Assembly: GCA_951406725.2 (NCBI GenBank)
Contig: OX597816.1
Span: 156,736,001-156,800,000, forward strand
Source of the DNA: Octopus vulgaris
Taxonomy: Eukaryota
DNA: 64,000 nucleotides
Direction of reading: 5' to 3'
Shown here in pieces: positions 26,344 through 41,110 of this stretch; the first letter of the stretch is position 1; each line of letters opens with the position of its first letter. Made by a program: the position numbers and the translations under genes. A model generated the notes under the pieces. That model was not told the origin of the DNA. It ran no database searches and saw only the letters and a program-made list of their open reading frames with translations.

Positions 26344-26897
26344 GCCCTGATGCAGTACCAGGCAGTGGCTCTCATGGCTTCTGATCTTAACTGATTGGAA
26401 GTGTTATCATGTACATTGTTTTGTCTTGGTATAAAAGATGGGCTACAGCAAATATTCTGCTCAATACCACAGATTTGCTTGTCAGTTGCTTGACCTTAAC
26501 CAGTTGAGCATGTCCCTTAGTGACTGACGATATGTGCATCTCTGATCACGAGCAGAAGTAGTGGGGGAGCATCATAGCCATGTGTTGAGAGGGATTCTTT
26601 GGGGTTTGAATAATTCACCTCTGGAAACATGGGTGGTTTTTTCAACATCCTTAAACAACCCTTATTCAGGGACCGTTTGAGCGGGATGGGCTACTCAACC
26701 TGAAGAAGATTCTAACTGGGCCCCACCTGCAAGGTCATGTGCTGTTTTTCTTGATATGAGATCACCATGTCGCGCACATATGGTTGTGATGCATGTGCCT
26801 GGTGTACCTTTATCAGACGGGTAGTCATGATGGGTATATTGGGCTTCGTATATTTTACCCCAGTGTCACGTTGATGGCATGAACTGCTCTCTCACAC
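26344..26897. mobile_element. ~555-bp non-coding interspersed repeat flanked by (AAT)n (copy 1)
   Basis: GCCCTGATGCAGTACCAGGCAGTGG...GCATGAACTGCTCTCTCACAC; homologous copies at 28893, 51361 and 55004. Confidence 0.85.
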
Positions 26898-26983
<86 letters not shown>

Positions 26984-27053
26984 TAACAATAACAATAACA
27001 ATAACAATAACAATAATAATAATAATAACAATAACAATAACAATAACAATAAC

Positions 27054-27092
<39 letters not shown>

Positions 27093-27439
27093 CAGTGTTA
27101 TGGGTTTCGAGTTATAAATGCAATAAGAAAGCTAAAGACGTAAACAAAAGACTGAACAACGAACGACTTAAATCAAACCCTTGATGTAATACAATATTCA
27201 CCCGAAAAAAAAATTAAGTTAACAGAAAAAAGGAAGCAGAAACACCCCACTAGCACAAAGAAACACCCCACTAGCGCAAGTAATGCAACAGAAAGTTACT
27301 TGAAACTATGAAAAGTCGAAAAGTAATTGAGGTGATGGCGATGGTGACGAAAGTCACCTTCGCTCAATTTATGAGAGACAGGATTTTGTGAAGAAACTAT
27401 GATTGCAACAGCGAAAATTAACCTGGACCTTTAATGGAA

Positions 27440-28745
27440 AGCCTCACGCCTGGTAGTGGTTCAGTAAAGATGCAGACTGACCATAGCTGTTATCCTAAGA
27501 TAGCATCAGCAGATAATAGAGTAAGGAGGAGGAAGTGGACCAGCGAAGAAAACAAGATATTGACGTAGTGCTATTTAGAAAGTGAACCTAACACAAGGGG
27601 CTTTAAAAACGGATGTCAACACTTTGAGGAGGGAAGAGTGTGCTTAAACTGGCTGAGCAGAGACAAGTTGAAGAAGGTTATGCTATTAGAAGTGGATGAG
27701 AGAATTGGAAGTGATATATATCACAAGTGAACTATTAAAGAAAGACTAGGCAGTGGGAAAGACAAATAACAACATAAGAGATACAGCTCAAACCAAAGGA
27801 ACATAAAGGAAAAAATAATAGCACTATCAATAAGGTCAACTGGCACAAACGATTTAAGTGATTTAAGTGAGGAAGGTCAGAATATTTTAGATGAGTTGTT
27901 GAATGTAATGAGTAAAAATGTTACAAAAAAGATGCCAGCATTAAAATGTACTTACAGAGAGGAGGTGCAAAATATGATTAGGAAAGTAGATACTGTTATC
28001 AGTAGGATAGATGCTAAAATATAGGAGAGACTAAATTATTGATCAATGCAGGAGAGGTAGTAGTTACTAGAAGATTAGATATTCCACAAGGAAGGATTAG
28101 AAAAGAGCAAATGTGGAAAAGGAGATAACAAAATAAATTAATGGTTTTAATACAATATCTAAGTAGAATATAATCCTGGAAACTGAACAAGTTGAAAAAC
28201 ACAAGGCTTATATCTTCTCTTGAGGAAAGATACTTAGTCAAAGAGATAGGATTCTGAACAATCATAGAGGTGTTGAAACAGCGTGTCATAGCAGGGAAGA
28301 TATGCTTTCCAGATATCAGAGACGAATCAATATCAACACAATAGATTATTTGAGAGAGACCAGATGGGATTTTATAACAAAATAAATATTGGTAGACATT
28401 ACTGAAGCTGGGATACCTAATGCAGAAGAAGCTAGAAAATTCATAAGTAATATTTGCGAGGAGAGTGTCTGCCATTCTAGTAGTTGTAGGGGCACTCAAA
28501 ACACTGTCAAACAAGTTCGAGAAATATGTCAGAGAAATCCGAATGGACATGAGACCAGAGCAAGCCCAAGAATTAGGATTTTCAGATTGGTACTTGGATG
28601 CTCAATATCTCCTACAATATTACACAACCAAATATCAAAGCTTATGGGGTGCGGAATGAGACCCTGTGAAACCTGTGACAGCAGGCTGCTGTCCGCTCTA
28701 ACAGAATCTACAAGAACAAACAAGACTGAACGTTCTGAGATCTAA
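27440..28745 (+). pseudogene. Internally deleted R4/Dong-like LINE remnant
   Basis: N-terminal RRRKWTSEENKILT*CYLESEPNTRGF (~27520-27605) and C-terminal ILVVVGALKTLSNKFEKYV (~28470-28530); ends in a (CAA)/(AAT)n tail; boundaries approximate. Confidence 0.6.
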
Positions 28746-28790
28746 ACCAACAAAAACAACAAAAACAACGACAAAAACAACAACGACAAC

Positions 28791-29409
<619 letters not shown>

Positions 29410-29567
29410 AATAATTATAAGAGGAAGAAGGAACGAAGAAGAAGAAAAAGAAGAAGAAGAAGAAGAAGAAGAAGAAGGAGGAGGAAGAGGAGGAGGAGGA
29501 GAAGAAGAAGAAGAAGAAGAAGAAGAAGAAGAAGAAGAAGAAGAAGAAGAAGAAGAAGAAGATAGAC

Positions 29568-29700
29568 ATGGTACCAATAGTAACTGGTGCATTTGGAAGT
29601 ATCAGCTCTCAACTTCCAACATGGCTGAAAAAGAGTGGTGCAAGTATTAAGCCACAAAAATCAGCATTGCTTCGAACTGCAAGTATTCTTCGCATATGAT
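29568..29700 (+). pseudogene. RLE-type LINE C-terminal fragment
   Basis: MVPIVTGAFGSISSQLPTWL...QKSALLRTASILR, typical of the end of R4-like ORFs. Confidence 0.6.
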
Positions 29701-30020
29701 CGAAGATCATAGACAAAATTCTTATTATCCAATATCAGCTGATCGAAAAATTTCAATCACGGAATTCGATAAGTTAGGATACAAAGGCCTAGAGATAGAA
29801 ATCAGCAGAATGTTGAAACAAAAACAAAAAAAAACAGTAACTCTACCGTTGTATATATATTTGTGTGTGTGTATGTGTGTGTGTGCGTGTGGTGTGTGTG
29901 TGGGGGGGGATAATTTTATTACTTCGCCGAACCGGAAAACAATTTCGTTAAACCAAAGAACAAATAAAAATAGGACTGCAGCACGAAGTACTCATATGAC
30001 ACCGCGGTGAAAGGAGACAT

Positions 30021-30460
30021 AAATTGAAAGGTATAATAAATAAACGGTCTAATCAGTCAAAACAACTTTATATCATTCCCAAACTATATATATATTAAAA
30101 CAGTAACGCACCCAATGGCAAAACCTAACAGTAAAAAATATACGCATATACACGAATAAAAGGTTATAAAACCTTAAAGGGTGTTGCGAGTGAAACAAAT
30201 ATACAGAATAAATTAATTAGTCACCTTTATTATGCATTAATTTATTCCATATATTTTTCTTCATTTGAATTCACACGTATTACCCTGTTAGGTTTTATGA
30301 TCTTTTATTCGTTTATATGTGTATATCTTATACGGTTGAGTTTTACCATTCGGTGCCCCAACTGTTTTGATATATATTTATATTCGAGTTTTGATAATTT
30401 GGGAATGATATATATTGGTTTTGGCGGACTGGAGCGTTTATTCATTATGCCTTTCAATTT
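30021..30460. repeat. Decayed fold-back element, ~150-bp inverted arms, abutting (TA)n
   Basis: 30021-30174 vs 30290-30460 (AAATTGAAAGGTATAAT / ATTATGCCTTTCAATTT; TATCATTCCCAAA / TTTGGGAATGATA). Confidence 0.7.
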
Positions 30461-30461
30461 G

Positions 30462-30547
<86 letters not shown>

Positions 30548-30554
30548 GATAGAC

Positions 30555-30619
<65 letters not shown>

Positions 30620-30631
30620 TTGATATAGATA

Positions 30632-31900
30632 TAGGGGTTGAACAAAATAATGGAAACACCTCGCATCATAGCATCACAACTTGGAAACACCTGTAAAACC
30701 GTCAAAAGCTTGTTTATTTTTTGTTTGTTTTTATCTATTATTAGTGTTACGTAATATTGTTTTTCTAAAATTCTGTTTCTTTTCAGATATCATCAGAAAA
30801 AGGTAATTAAAATTCATTAAAATGACAGATCTATCGGACTTTTAATGAGATCAAATTGCTGGTGCTTGTTTGCCAGGTGCTAGCGTATAGAAAACAGTCG
30901 CAATGTTTGGTGTATCAAGAAGTACTGTCTCGAAAGTAATGAACTACTTTGAGAAAGAGGGAAAACCTATTCATCGAAACAAAACACCGGAAGAAAGCCA
31001 AAACTTTCAGACCATCGGACTCTTTTACGCGAATTGTTAGAAAGGATCACAAAAATGCAGCTCCCAAAATTTCTGCAGAGCTTAATGACTGCCTCGAGAA
31101 CCCAGTTTCCACAAAAACTGTTCGCCAGAAGCTGCACAAAGATGGATTTCATGGGAGCGCTGCAATCAGAAAACCACAACTTTAAAAATAAACCTTGCAA
31201 AGCATTTAGAGTTGAGTAAAAATTCACAGAATTGGTCCCCAGAGCAGTAGAAGAATGTTATTTTCTCGGAGGAGTCATCCTTTACCTTATTTCCGACCAG
31301 CAACTGATTATACGTGTAGAGACAGCCAAAAGAAGCATTTCACCCAGACTGCCTACTTCCAACTTTTAAATATGGTGGAAGTTCTGTAATGATCCGGGGG
31401 GAAATGTCTTGGAAATCCGCCGGCCCAATGGTTTCATTCATGGCAGAGTTAATAGTCAAGTTTATTTAAGCATTTTATCTGATCAAATCGATCCTATGGT
31501 TGCGGAACTGCTTCCGGAGGGAAACGCAATCATTCAGGATAATAATGCACCAATTCACACAGTTAAATTTGTTTCTGAATAGCACGAAGATCATTTTAGT
31601 GACGTCGAACATCTTATCTGGCCAGCAGAGTCCCCGGATCTTAATATTATTGAACATTTATGGTGCATTTTAGAAAAACAAGTAAGAAGCCGATATCTTC
31701 CACCATCACCGCCACAAAAACTGGAGACTGTTTTAGCTGAAGAATGGATAAAAATTCCTTTGGAAACAGTTGAAACTGTGTACAAGTCCATACACCGTAG
31801 AATTGAAGCTGTGATTACTGCGAAAGGTGGTCCTACCCCATATTAAAATAAATTTGTTTCAAATTTTAAGATGATTTCATCATCATGATTTTGTCCAACC

Positions 31901-31904
<4 letters not shown>
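30632..31904 (+). mobile_element. Tc1-family (DD34E) DNA transposon, full length, inactivated
   Basis: TIRs (T/C)AGGGGTTGAACAAAATAATG / CATGATTTTGTCCAACCTCTG with TA flanks; broken transposase from ATG 30822: MTDLSDF, AAIRKP, VIFSEESSF, QDNNAPIH, WPAESPDLNIIEHLW, KGGPTPY*. Confidence 0.92.
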
Positions 31905-31997
<93 letters not shown>

Positions 31998-32204
31998 TTT
32001 TAATTACTGGGTACGTACACACTCAATGATGCACACAACTACACACATATACACATACACACACACTCATAAACACTAATGAAGTGCACGCACTTATGTA
32101 ATAAAGTGCTTGTACATACACATCCATTTTTACAGCATGAATGCAAGTTTATCGACATGTGCATCATTTGTATATATACATACACACGCTAATTTATTCA
32201 CATA

Positions 32205-32549
32205 AGGTGCATGGCTCAGTGGTTAGAGCGTCGAGCTTACGATCGTGAGGTTGTGAGCTCGAATCCCGGACCGGGCTGCGTGTTGTGTTCTTGAGCAAGG
32301 CACTTTATTTCACGTTGCTCCAGTTCACTCAGCTGTAGAAATGAGTTGCGACGTCACTGGTGCCAAGCTGTATCGACCTTTGTCTTTCCCTTGGATAACA
32401 CTGGTGGCGTGGAGAGGGGAGGCTGGTATGCATGGGCGACTGCTGGTCTTCCATAAACAACCTTGCCCGGACTTGTGTCTATGAGGGTAACTTTCTAGGT
32501 GCAATCCCATGGTCATTCATGACCGAAGGGGGTCTTTACCCTTTACCCT
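32205..32549 (+). mobile_element. tRNA-derived SINE, family C, full length
   Basis: A box TGGCTCAGTGG, B box GAGCTCGAATCC, central GTTCTTGAGCAAGGCACTTTA...CACTCAGCTGTA, (CTTTACC)n tail. Confidence 0.85.
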
Positions 32550-32658
32550 CTAAATCCAAGAGCTGGCTTGACTGAACCAAAACACTATCCTGTCGTTAGT
32601 AAATGAATTGAGTTTGTAAGGGTACGAAACTCTGAAACAAATCTCAAAGAAAACAATT

Positions 32659-32690
<32 letters not shown>

Positions 32691-34849
32691 CATATTTATA
32701 CATAAATACATAAAGGTCGGCATGCTTGTACGCATCCAATGCATATTAAAACATCGTTGTGAAGACACAGATCAATAAAACAATGAGAGGGCTATGAATT
32801 ATATCGAATGGATAATTGTAACATTAACTATTCATTTTCCACATTCTAGTCGAAATTAAACATCAGTTGCTCTAGTTCTGTATAGAATACTTGTGTGAGT
32901 TTAATTAGTAGTGTATTACTTACATGTTCTACATAATCATTGACCATCTCTTCAACACGTTATTATTATTCCCTTCAAATCCTTTCAGCCCACATTTTAG
33001 ATCAATGATAACCTCACCTTAAGTCATGGGCATTTTCCCAATGATATCGCTTCCCTTCTCCCTACTCATTTCTAGATGAATTCCCAGGAAAGTAGGCATT
33101 GTTTCTTTCTACATGACTGATATATATATTACTCTTTGAAGCTAACATATGTCCAGCGATTCTTTTTCATCTACAACACCAGCAGAACTCTTGCTTCAAA
33201 CACTGATAAAAATTGAGTGCAAAAGTATTTATAGTATCGCCATTTGCTGTGCATTTACATATATAAATTATTTTATCTGTTCCTCCAGTTGCGACTTTTC
33301 GATTTAAAACTTTTAGTCATCTTTATATTAAGGATTTTTTTTCTGTTGCTAACAAATTTCTTGGATTTCTATCAACTGCGAACGTTCTGATCGAAGTGCA
33401 CAGAAATATAATGGAAATTATCTGACACTAAAATATGACCTTTTTTCAATAATAATAGAATTTGTCATCCAAGCAACGGTGAAACAAAAGACAATCATCT
33501 TCATCTCAGTGTGAAATGCATTCTCAAGATAGAAAGAAAAAACAACATTGAAAGAAATCACGTAATTTTTCAAACATGATTGCATAAGAAGAAAATATGT
33601 TACTGCTAAGTCCAAATAACACCGAACACAGCAGCAAAAATAGCATAAATAATAATTATAAAATAGTAATAGCAACAACAACAAAAATGGTGATGATTAT
33701 GATGATGACGACGGTGAAAATCAAGAAGTAACGAGAACAATAGAAGAAAGTAAGATTTATCATGCACAAGCATGAAATTAGGTAATAAATATAGTGCGAC
33801 GTAATTTATTAACGCCATATTTTATATATATATATATATATTATATGCACAGAGACGTATATATATATACACACACACACATATATACATACATACGTAT
33901 TTACATATGTATGTTTATTTATATATATGTATATGTGTGCATGTATATAAATATATATACATGCATATACATATGCACATATAAACACACACATACACAC
34001 ATACACACACACACACACATATATATATATGTTTATGTTTGTATATGATTATTGTTATACGGGTGAATGTATTATGAGAATGAAAAAATACGAAAACACC
34101 AAAATAGATCTTCTATACACAGCCACAATATTCATATTATTCAATAATACTGGAATATTTTTCTAGTACCAAGAATAGATTTGCATTTGTATTTTGAAAA
34201 CAAATGCAATTTTGGCATTGTATATGAAAACTACATGCAAAACAACAAAAATATATATATATAGATTTCGGTACAAAAGCACACATGCACACATGTATTG
34301 AGACATACATACACGAACACGCATACACCCACATGAATATGCATGTCTGTGTGTGGGTGTTTCTGTGTGCGCGTGTGTGTGTGTGTTATTATAGGCATGT
34401 AACTATTTAATTTTGATCGGTGTGTATGTGTATGTGTGCGTGTGCCTGGTGTGTGAATTACTATATTTGATTTGTGGTTGTCGCTATGTTTGCCTTCGTA
34501 TAAATATGTACAGGCACATATATATATGCCTCTATGAGTATGCTGTGCGTGTGCGCAAGATGGACAGAGTGAGAGAGAGAGAGAGAGACCATTTTTGAGT
34601 GATTGTGTGGGTATATGTGCATCTGGATTACCATATAGAAATTGAAGAATCTTTTTACAGCATCAACTCAATATATGCACGCATATATGTAAGTGTGTTT
34701 GTTGTTACGTGTGTTTGTATGTAGATTTTTAGAAGACTGCGTATTCGCACCACATCGGTGTCACCATTATGATGTATGTTACTTATTTTTATGATATTAA
34801 ATAAAAGACAAATTATGTACAGTGTTGAAACATTCTGTGTAAGGAATAT

Positions 34850-35195
34850 TGGCTTTCTAATTTTGAAATAAGGCCAGCAATTTTGGAATGGAAGGGTTTG
34901 TCGATTACATTGACCGGAGTACTCAACTGCTATATATTTAATCGGCCCTAAAAGGATAAAATGCAAAGACTACTTCGGCGAAATTTGAACTCAGAATGTA
35001 AAGACAGACGAAATGCCGCTAAGCGTTTGGTTCTGCGAGCTGACCGTCTTTCATAAAAGAATTCTGGCATCCAAATTTTAGTACGCGGCCAGCAATTCCG
35101 AAGCAGCGGTGAGTCGATTACTTTGATTCTGGTACTCAACTGGTACTTATTTTATCGACCCTGAAAGGATAGAAGGATAAGTTGACTTCGCAGCT
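34850..35195 (-). mobile_element. Two decayed SINE family A-related fragments
   Basis: AATTTGAACTCAGAA, TACTTATTTTATCGACCCTGAAAGGAT as in 4034-4268. Confidence 0.6.
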
Positions 35196-35346
35196 TTCAT
35201 GAAAAAAATCTGTAAATATAAAACCATTCAGATTTCTGGATACCTTATTTCTTCTAATATAAAATACCTGTACATCGTCTCCAAACCTACTAACACACAC
35301 ACACATACACACACACACACACACACGCACACACACACACACATAC

Positions 35347-35450
<104 letters not shown>

Positions 35451-35505
35451 AGTGAATTGAAGAAATGGAGTTGAACGAAGATTGAACAGAATTCCTTTTA
35501 TTGCA

Positions 35506-35585
35506 TTCTACACATGTTTCAAAAGCCACAATTTTCCAAATTCTGATTGAATAAGGATACCATATTGTGGCTTTCTCTTCAGGAA
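35506..35585 (-). ncRNA. Type-I hammerhead ribozyme, canonical core, 12-bp stem II
   Basis: TTC-CTGAAGA-GAAAGCCACAAT...ATTGTGGCTTTT-GAAA-CATGTG-TA-GAA; in a ~230-bp segment bounded by (TA)n on both sides. Confidence 0.8.
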
Positions 35586-35827
35586 AAAAATAGGAATTCC
35601 GTTGGCAGAACAAAACAGAACAGAGGCGCAGCAAAGCAATTTGAACGAGGCGGCTCTTTAAGAGCCCATGGCTGATATATATATATATAAGTACATGTAT
35701 ATATATATTGCAAATTAAAGACGATAAATGTAATGTAAACCATTCGTTATATTTTCCCTTACATATTTATATATATATATATATAGGGAGAGTTTACGAA
35801 AAAACAACAAAATACGAAGACAGGTGG

Positions 35828-35990
35828 TGTACAACAAAACCATTACACATTCGTATTAAAGAACATCTAAATACGCGAGCCTCCTCCTTCAGAAAACATC
35901 TGGACATATGCCGGAACTCCGACAAAAATATAACAGTTGCAACTGAGGCCAATGACAGAAATTTAGGAAAATTAAGAAGTAAGACTGACC
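35828..35990 (+). pseudogene. PLE-type GIY-YIG endonuclease fragment
   Basis: CTTKPLHIRIKEHLNTRASSFRKHLDIC resembles the GxT.R.L..R..EH...S....H helix of PLE endonucleases; begins just after a (TA)n tract. Confidence 0.6.
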
Positions 35991-36369
35991 AAATTACCAA
36001 GATGGAAATTAACAATCACTATATGATTTAAAAACATCAACATTCTGCCCGCATGATTGTAACATGCTCATGAAACAAAACATTATATAAGAAAAGAAAA
36101 CAAAATGACGTACAATACACACGATCTTGAGACATGACCACTCTCGCCCACTTCTGGAAGGGGTTTCGAGACCACTGCAGACACGCTTCCAACAGATTTC
36201 AGTAACCGTTGGAAAACCGACTATAACAGTGACTCCATTACTTCCTAGCAATATCTGAAGAAGGAATTTTGATATTCTGGAATATTATATTGGACTAAGA
36301 ATAGCTAAATTATTTATAACAGTTATTATAATCCACTCTACCTTGTTGTGTCATTCTAGAAACATTACA

Positions 36370-36435
<66 letters not shown>

Positions 36436-36473
36436 GTATGCATGTAGGTATATATATATATATATATATATAA

Positions 36474-36626
36474 AGGCGAAGCGTGGCTGTGTGGTAAGAC
36501 CCAACTACATGGTTCCGGGTTCGATTCCACTGCCTGGCGCCTTAGGCAGGTGTCTTGTACTATAGGCTCTGGAGGACCAAGTCCTTGTGAGAGGATTTGG
36601 TAGACGGAAACTGAAAGAAGCCCATC

Positions 36627-36630
<4 letters not shown>
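36474..36630 (+). mobile_element. SINE family B 5' half
   Basis: Matches 42351-42515. Confidence 0.75.
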
Positions 36631-36667
<37 letters not shown>

Positions 36668-36692
36668 TGTGTGTGTGTGTATTATATATATG

Positions 36693-36723
<31 letters not shown>

Positions 36724-36812
36724 ATATGTGTGTAGAGTGTTAGGTGTAGTGTACAGAAATTGAATATTGAGAGAAAATGTCAAAATTTGGGAAAAAGATC
36801 TTTTTATTTCAT

Positions 36813-36856
36813 TATTAATAGCGCTTTCGTTCGTTTCTCGAACTTGTCAAGTAATA
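36813..36856 (-). ncRNA. Type-I hammerhead ribozyme, U3-A8 variant, in one arm of a fold-back (36807-36882 / 37171-37245)
   Basis: TATTAC-TTGACAA-GTTC-gagaaac-GAAC-GAAA-GCGC-TA-TTAATA; palindromic AGCGCT; one mismatch at the base of stem I. Confidence 0.75.
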
Positions 36857-37269
36857 TATTTTATGAATGTATAAACAGCTTCTTCATTAATATAAGACAG
36901 ATGCTTTGGGGCGGGTTGTTTAGAAGAAGAGAATGCTGTTTTTGCTTTTCTTTTTTGGTGAAGTTCAATGATATTGGAGATACATAGATAGAAATATAGG
37001 TATGTAGATAGGCTGATAGTTTGATAAATAGATATCAGTCTATGTATCAGCCTATCTACCTACCTAAATTTTCTATCTATGTATTTCCATTCTCATGGAA
37101 CCTCACGCAAAAGAAAACAAAAATATATCAATGTTCTCTTCTAAACGTAACCCGCAAAAACATGTTTAACAAGCTGTTTGTACATTCACAAACATTTTTT
37201 TTACAATTTCGAGAAAGTAACAAAAGCGCTAATATTAATGAAGAAATTAAAAAAATTGTTTGTCATGTG

Positions 37270-38200
37270 GGTGGTTCTGCATTGATCAATTTTGTTTCTA
37301 CCAGAGCTAGGCAGTGTGGTTTGCTACTGTTCTCAATGAAAGCTTGCTGGTACAGATTGATAATGTATGATTGGTAGAATGTTAGCTTCTTGTACCAATA
37401 TCCAACAACCAAGTCTTTTCCAGATTCTTTTCCACTCTGGAGTTTCCGGATTACAGTTGCAAGAGTTTTACCATCAATGTTGTATGTCTTGGATGTAATT
37501 CAGAAGCAATAACATTGTTGGATTTCTTCCAGTCCCAAAGCATTTTGGTTAAATTCCTTCTCTTCGCTCCGGATTTTCCTCCAAAAGGAGTCTGTCTTCT
37601 CGAGAAGGAGCTCCGTAATATTTATTACTACTCCTCTTCTCCTGTCTCTGTATACTGCTGCCTGGTTGCAGTTAATTTTTCTGTTTATTGTTCTCTCGGT
37701 TATACTCTTTTGATGCCGGAGTTTTTCACTGAAAGCTTTTAGCCCCTGCATTAGGGTAATCAGTTTGCAAATGAGTGTCCGCTTTTTGCTGTCTACAAAC
37801 ATCATTTCTATCTCCTTCTTTATTTTCTATAGTGGAACGTATAGTGACTTTCTTGTTTGCATGCAATAAACATCATTACATAATTGATAGTCTTCCGTAA
37901 ACCAGATATCTTTTCCTCTGACTTCAAAACCCATGATTGTACTTTCTTTATTATTTCGGTTGTTTCCCTTTTGAATATAATTCATGTACTGTTTTACAGT
38001 AGTAGCCAGCGCATATAGGCAGGTGTAAATCTGCCAGTACTCATCCCCAACTTCCTTAACAGCTTTTAATACCGTATCTGTGGGGTTTTTTTCTACTTAC
38101 TTTGGTAGAAAATACTCTCTCATCGAGAGTCCTTCAAAGCCAAAGCAATTTTTCCTTGGAAAATTTCAGTAAGGCACATTTCATCGGCGTGTAATCCTGA
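37270..38200 (-). pseudogene. Decayed R4/Dong-like LINE 5' coding remnant
   Basis: KLITLMQGLKAFSEKLR...INRKINCNQAAVYR...TDSFWRKI resembles the pre-RT region of R4-type ORFs; weak, boundaries approximate. Confidence 0.45.
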
Positions 38201-38224
38201 CTTCTGCTGCTGCTGCTGCTGCTG

Positions 38225-38287
<63 letters not shown>

Positions 38288-39092
38288 CAGTAATGTAGTT
38301 TTGCTGACAACCACTATAGAATCTGTTGGAATGTCGCTAACTGCAAAGCCACGTTGTGGCTTTATATCATTCAAGTTTTCGTTTTTGTTTATTACACAGT
38401 TGGGAAGAAGGTTAATTTTCGATTTTTTAAATAAAGTTACAGTTACCAACCTTCTTTCTATGTTCTACAAATGTTGTTTATTGGCGTAGTTGCTTCGCGG
38501 TAAAATGATTTAATTCTGGATGCAGATCGTCCCAATATGATTTCAATCGATTCGTATAACCAACAGCGGGGCTTTGTTTCGCTTTTTCGTAGCAGTTAAA
38601 TAGATCATTATTCAATTCCTAACTCCAAGAGAAATGAGTGTTGTATTTATGGTTTCCTCTTTAACTACAAGTAGAAAGAATTTGTTTACCTAATGAGTTC
38701 TCATTTTCGTTTTGTTCCTTGGTTGTGTTGTTATTGACGTTGTGTCCAGCCATGTTGTTTGTAGTAACTCTCTGCATTCTGAATTCAAGTTTCAGTCGAG
38801 AATCACTACGATCGTGAATAAAAGGCTCCATCAGTTAATCCATCTAAAGATTAACCAGTTATTTAACAAGACTGATAATTATGGCTCCATAGTTGGAGAG
38901 AGTATTCATCGCATTTTCAATAAATAGTCTCTCACGCCAAATATGCGACTTGTCGCTTTAAATGGTATGTATGTATGTATGTATGTATACATGTACATAC
39001 ATGGTATGTATGTATGTATGTATGTATGTATGTATGTATGTATGTATGTATGTATGTATGTATAGAGTGTTTTGAGTGGTATATAGATATTG

Positions 39093-39292
39093 TATATGGA
39101 GAAAAATGAGGCAGTCAGAATTTTGGATAATTCTTTATTAGCGCCTTCGTTCCTTTAACCGAACTCTTGAAGAAAAAAAAATTTATAATTAATTTGGTGT
39201 TAAAAATATCCTTGAAGAATTCCGTTAAGCGAACGAAAGCGCTAATAAAGAATTATTCAAAATTCTGACTGCCTCCCTTTTCTCAGTATATA
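39093..39292. repeat. Fold-back mini-element (~80-bp arms) with a degenerate HHR in each arm
   Basis: GAGGCAGTCAGAATTTTGGATAATTCTTTATTAGCGC / GCGCTAATAAAGAATTATTCAAAATTCTGACTGCCTC; right arm TTGAAGA-aTTC-cgttaagc-GAAc-GAAA-GCGC-TA; same family as 36813. Confidence 0.75.
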
Positions 39293-39364
39293 TATGGCCG
39301 CAGTCAAATCACTGGCACAAATAAAAGAATAAAAGAATAGAAAAAAATGCACACACACACACGT

Positions 39365-39433
<69 letters not shown>

Positions 39434-39522
39434 TATATATATTACATATACATATGGTAGATTGATAGGCAGACAGACATACAGACAGATAGACAGGCAG
39501 AAAGACAGACAGGCAGACAAAC

Positions 39523-39567
<45 letters not shown>

Positions 39568-39568
39568 T

Positions 39569-39671
<103 letters not shown>

Positions 39672-41110
39672 TGCGTGACTTGAAAATCAAACACTGAACG
39701 GAACGTTCAATATCATACAAGAAAAGAAACTATTTAAAATAGTCAATCGGAAGGACTTCTTCGTGAGTTTAAAAGAAAGATAAAATAATGACCTTCTGGG
39801 CACCGTTGTTACCATGTTTATTGAAATTGGCAATCTGAAGTTTCCATTTCCTATTGAAAGCCACAAACTGTTTAGTTCACAAATTGGCTCGTTTGAAATT
39901 CTTAGCATTTGACATTTTTTGGTGTTTCTTGTGATTGTTTATTCAAAGAATGAACAGAGCATTTAACATTTTCATTCTTCGTCAAACTGGGGCGATCAAT
40001 GATTTTAATACCTAGTTTGAATACCTCTCAGTTAATGGTGTCTGTAAGAAAATCATGATCATGGAGTGACTTGAAGTCTATACTGCAAAGAATAAGCAGA
40101 ATATTTAGTGCAGGCTTTGATGTAGAAAATGCAAGAAAGATGTGAAGAGCGTTTATCTATCAGAGAGGCCATAACAAAGGTGATATGTGGCATGAGTTTT
40201 CAAAAGAGGAACTGCTGTAGTAGCAGTATTAGGTTCAGAGTATGCTTTTGAGCAATAGGTTGTTATATGTTCTTCAGTGAAACTTTACCAATAAACCAAA
40301 GAATCTTTTTATTTGTATGTTCATCATTATTTTGGATGTTTACAGAAAGTGTATATAGGTGTATATAGAGCTTTTCTGCATGTTAAGAATTATTTGAAGT
40401 TGAAATATATACGGTCGGAAGAATGAACTTTGTTTAAGATACAGTTTAGCAGTGCCTTGGATGTCTATTTCTTCTATTTCTTAGCTCTGCAACAACAGGA
40501 TTCAGCTATTGTTTTGCAGGCACTCCGGTATATTTGATATACTTGAAATTATAATTTCCTTTTATATGCTATGTAAAAATGATTGATTGTCTGACCTACC
40601 TCATTTTTCATCCATATATGCTTGAAAATGACATTGAGACTAGGGTAAATGAACTTCTCAATATTACTCATAGATAGCCAAAGGAATTATATCAAAATAA
40701 TTAGAAACTTGTTAATCATAATTCTTTTTCTTGTTTTTGTCATGAGAATAATTTTATGTTTATCATCACGATGATGACAACCTTTACGCTGTCGTATTTC
40801 TTGGCTGTTTTAATACTGTTACTGTATTCGAGTGCAATATCATGTATATTAAAATACGTTAAGTACGATAATGCAAGCCAGACCAAGTGGTTAGAAAATA
40901 GAGATCAACTTAAATATTTTGCATATATTCGTTATGCACACCACCGAAGCGCTTGATCTTTCTAATGCCACATAGCTACAGATTATACTGAAAACTGTGA
41001 TTGTGCGCCTCTGTGTATGTGTGCGTTTCTGTGTCTCTGTGTGTGCATATATACATGTGTGTATGTGTGTGTGTGCATGTATACTCATATATATATATAT
41101 ATATATATAT

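Noticed and set aside
32205-32280. tRNA-like sequences (also 1721, 42351, 47900)
   Set aside because: Heads of SINEs; no complete cloverleaf, and they continue into repeat bodies
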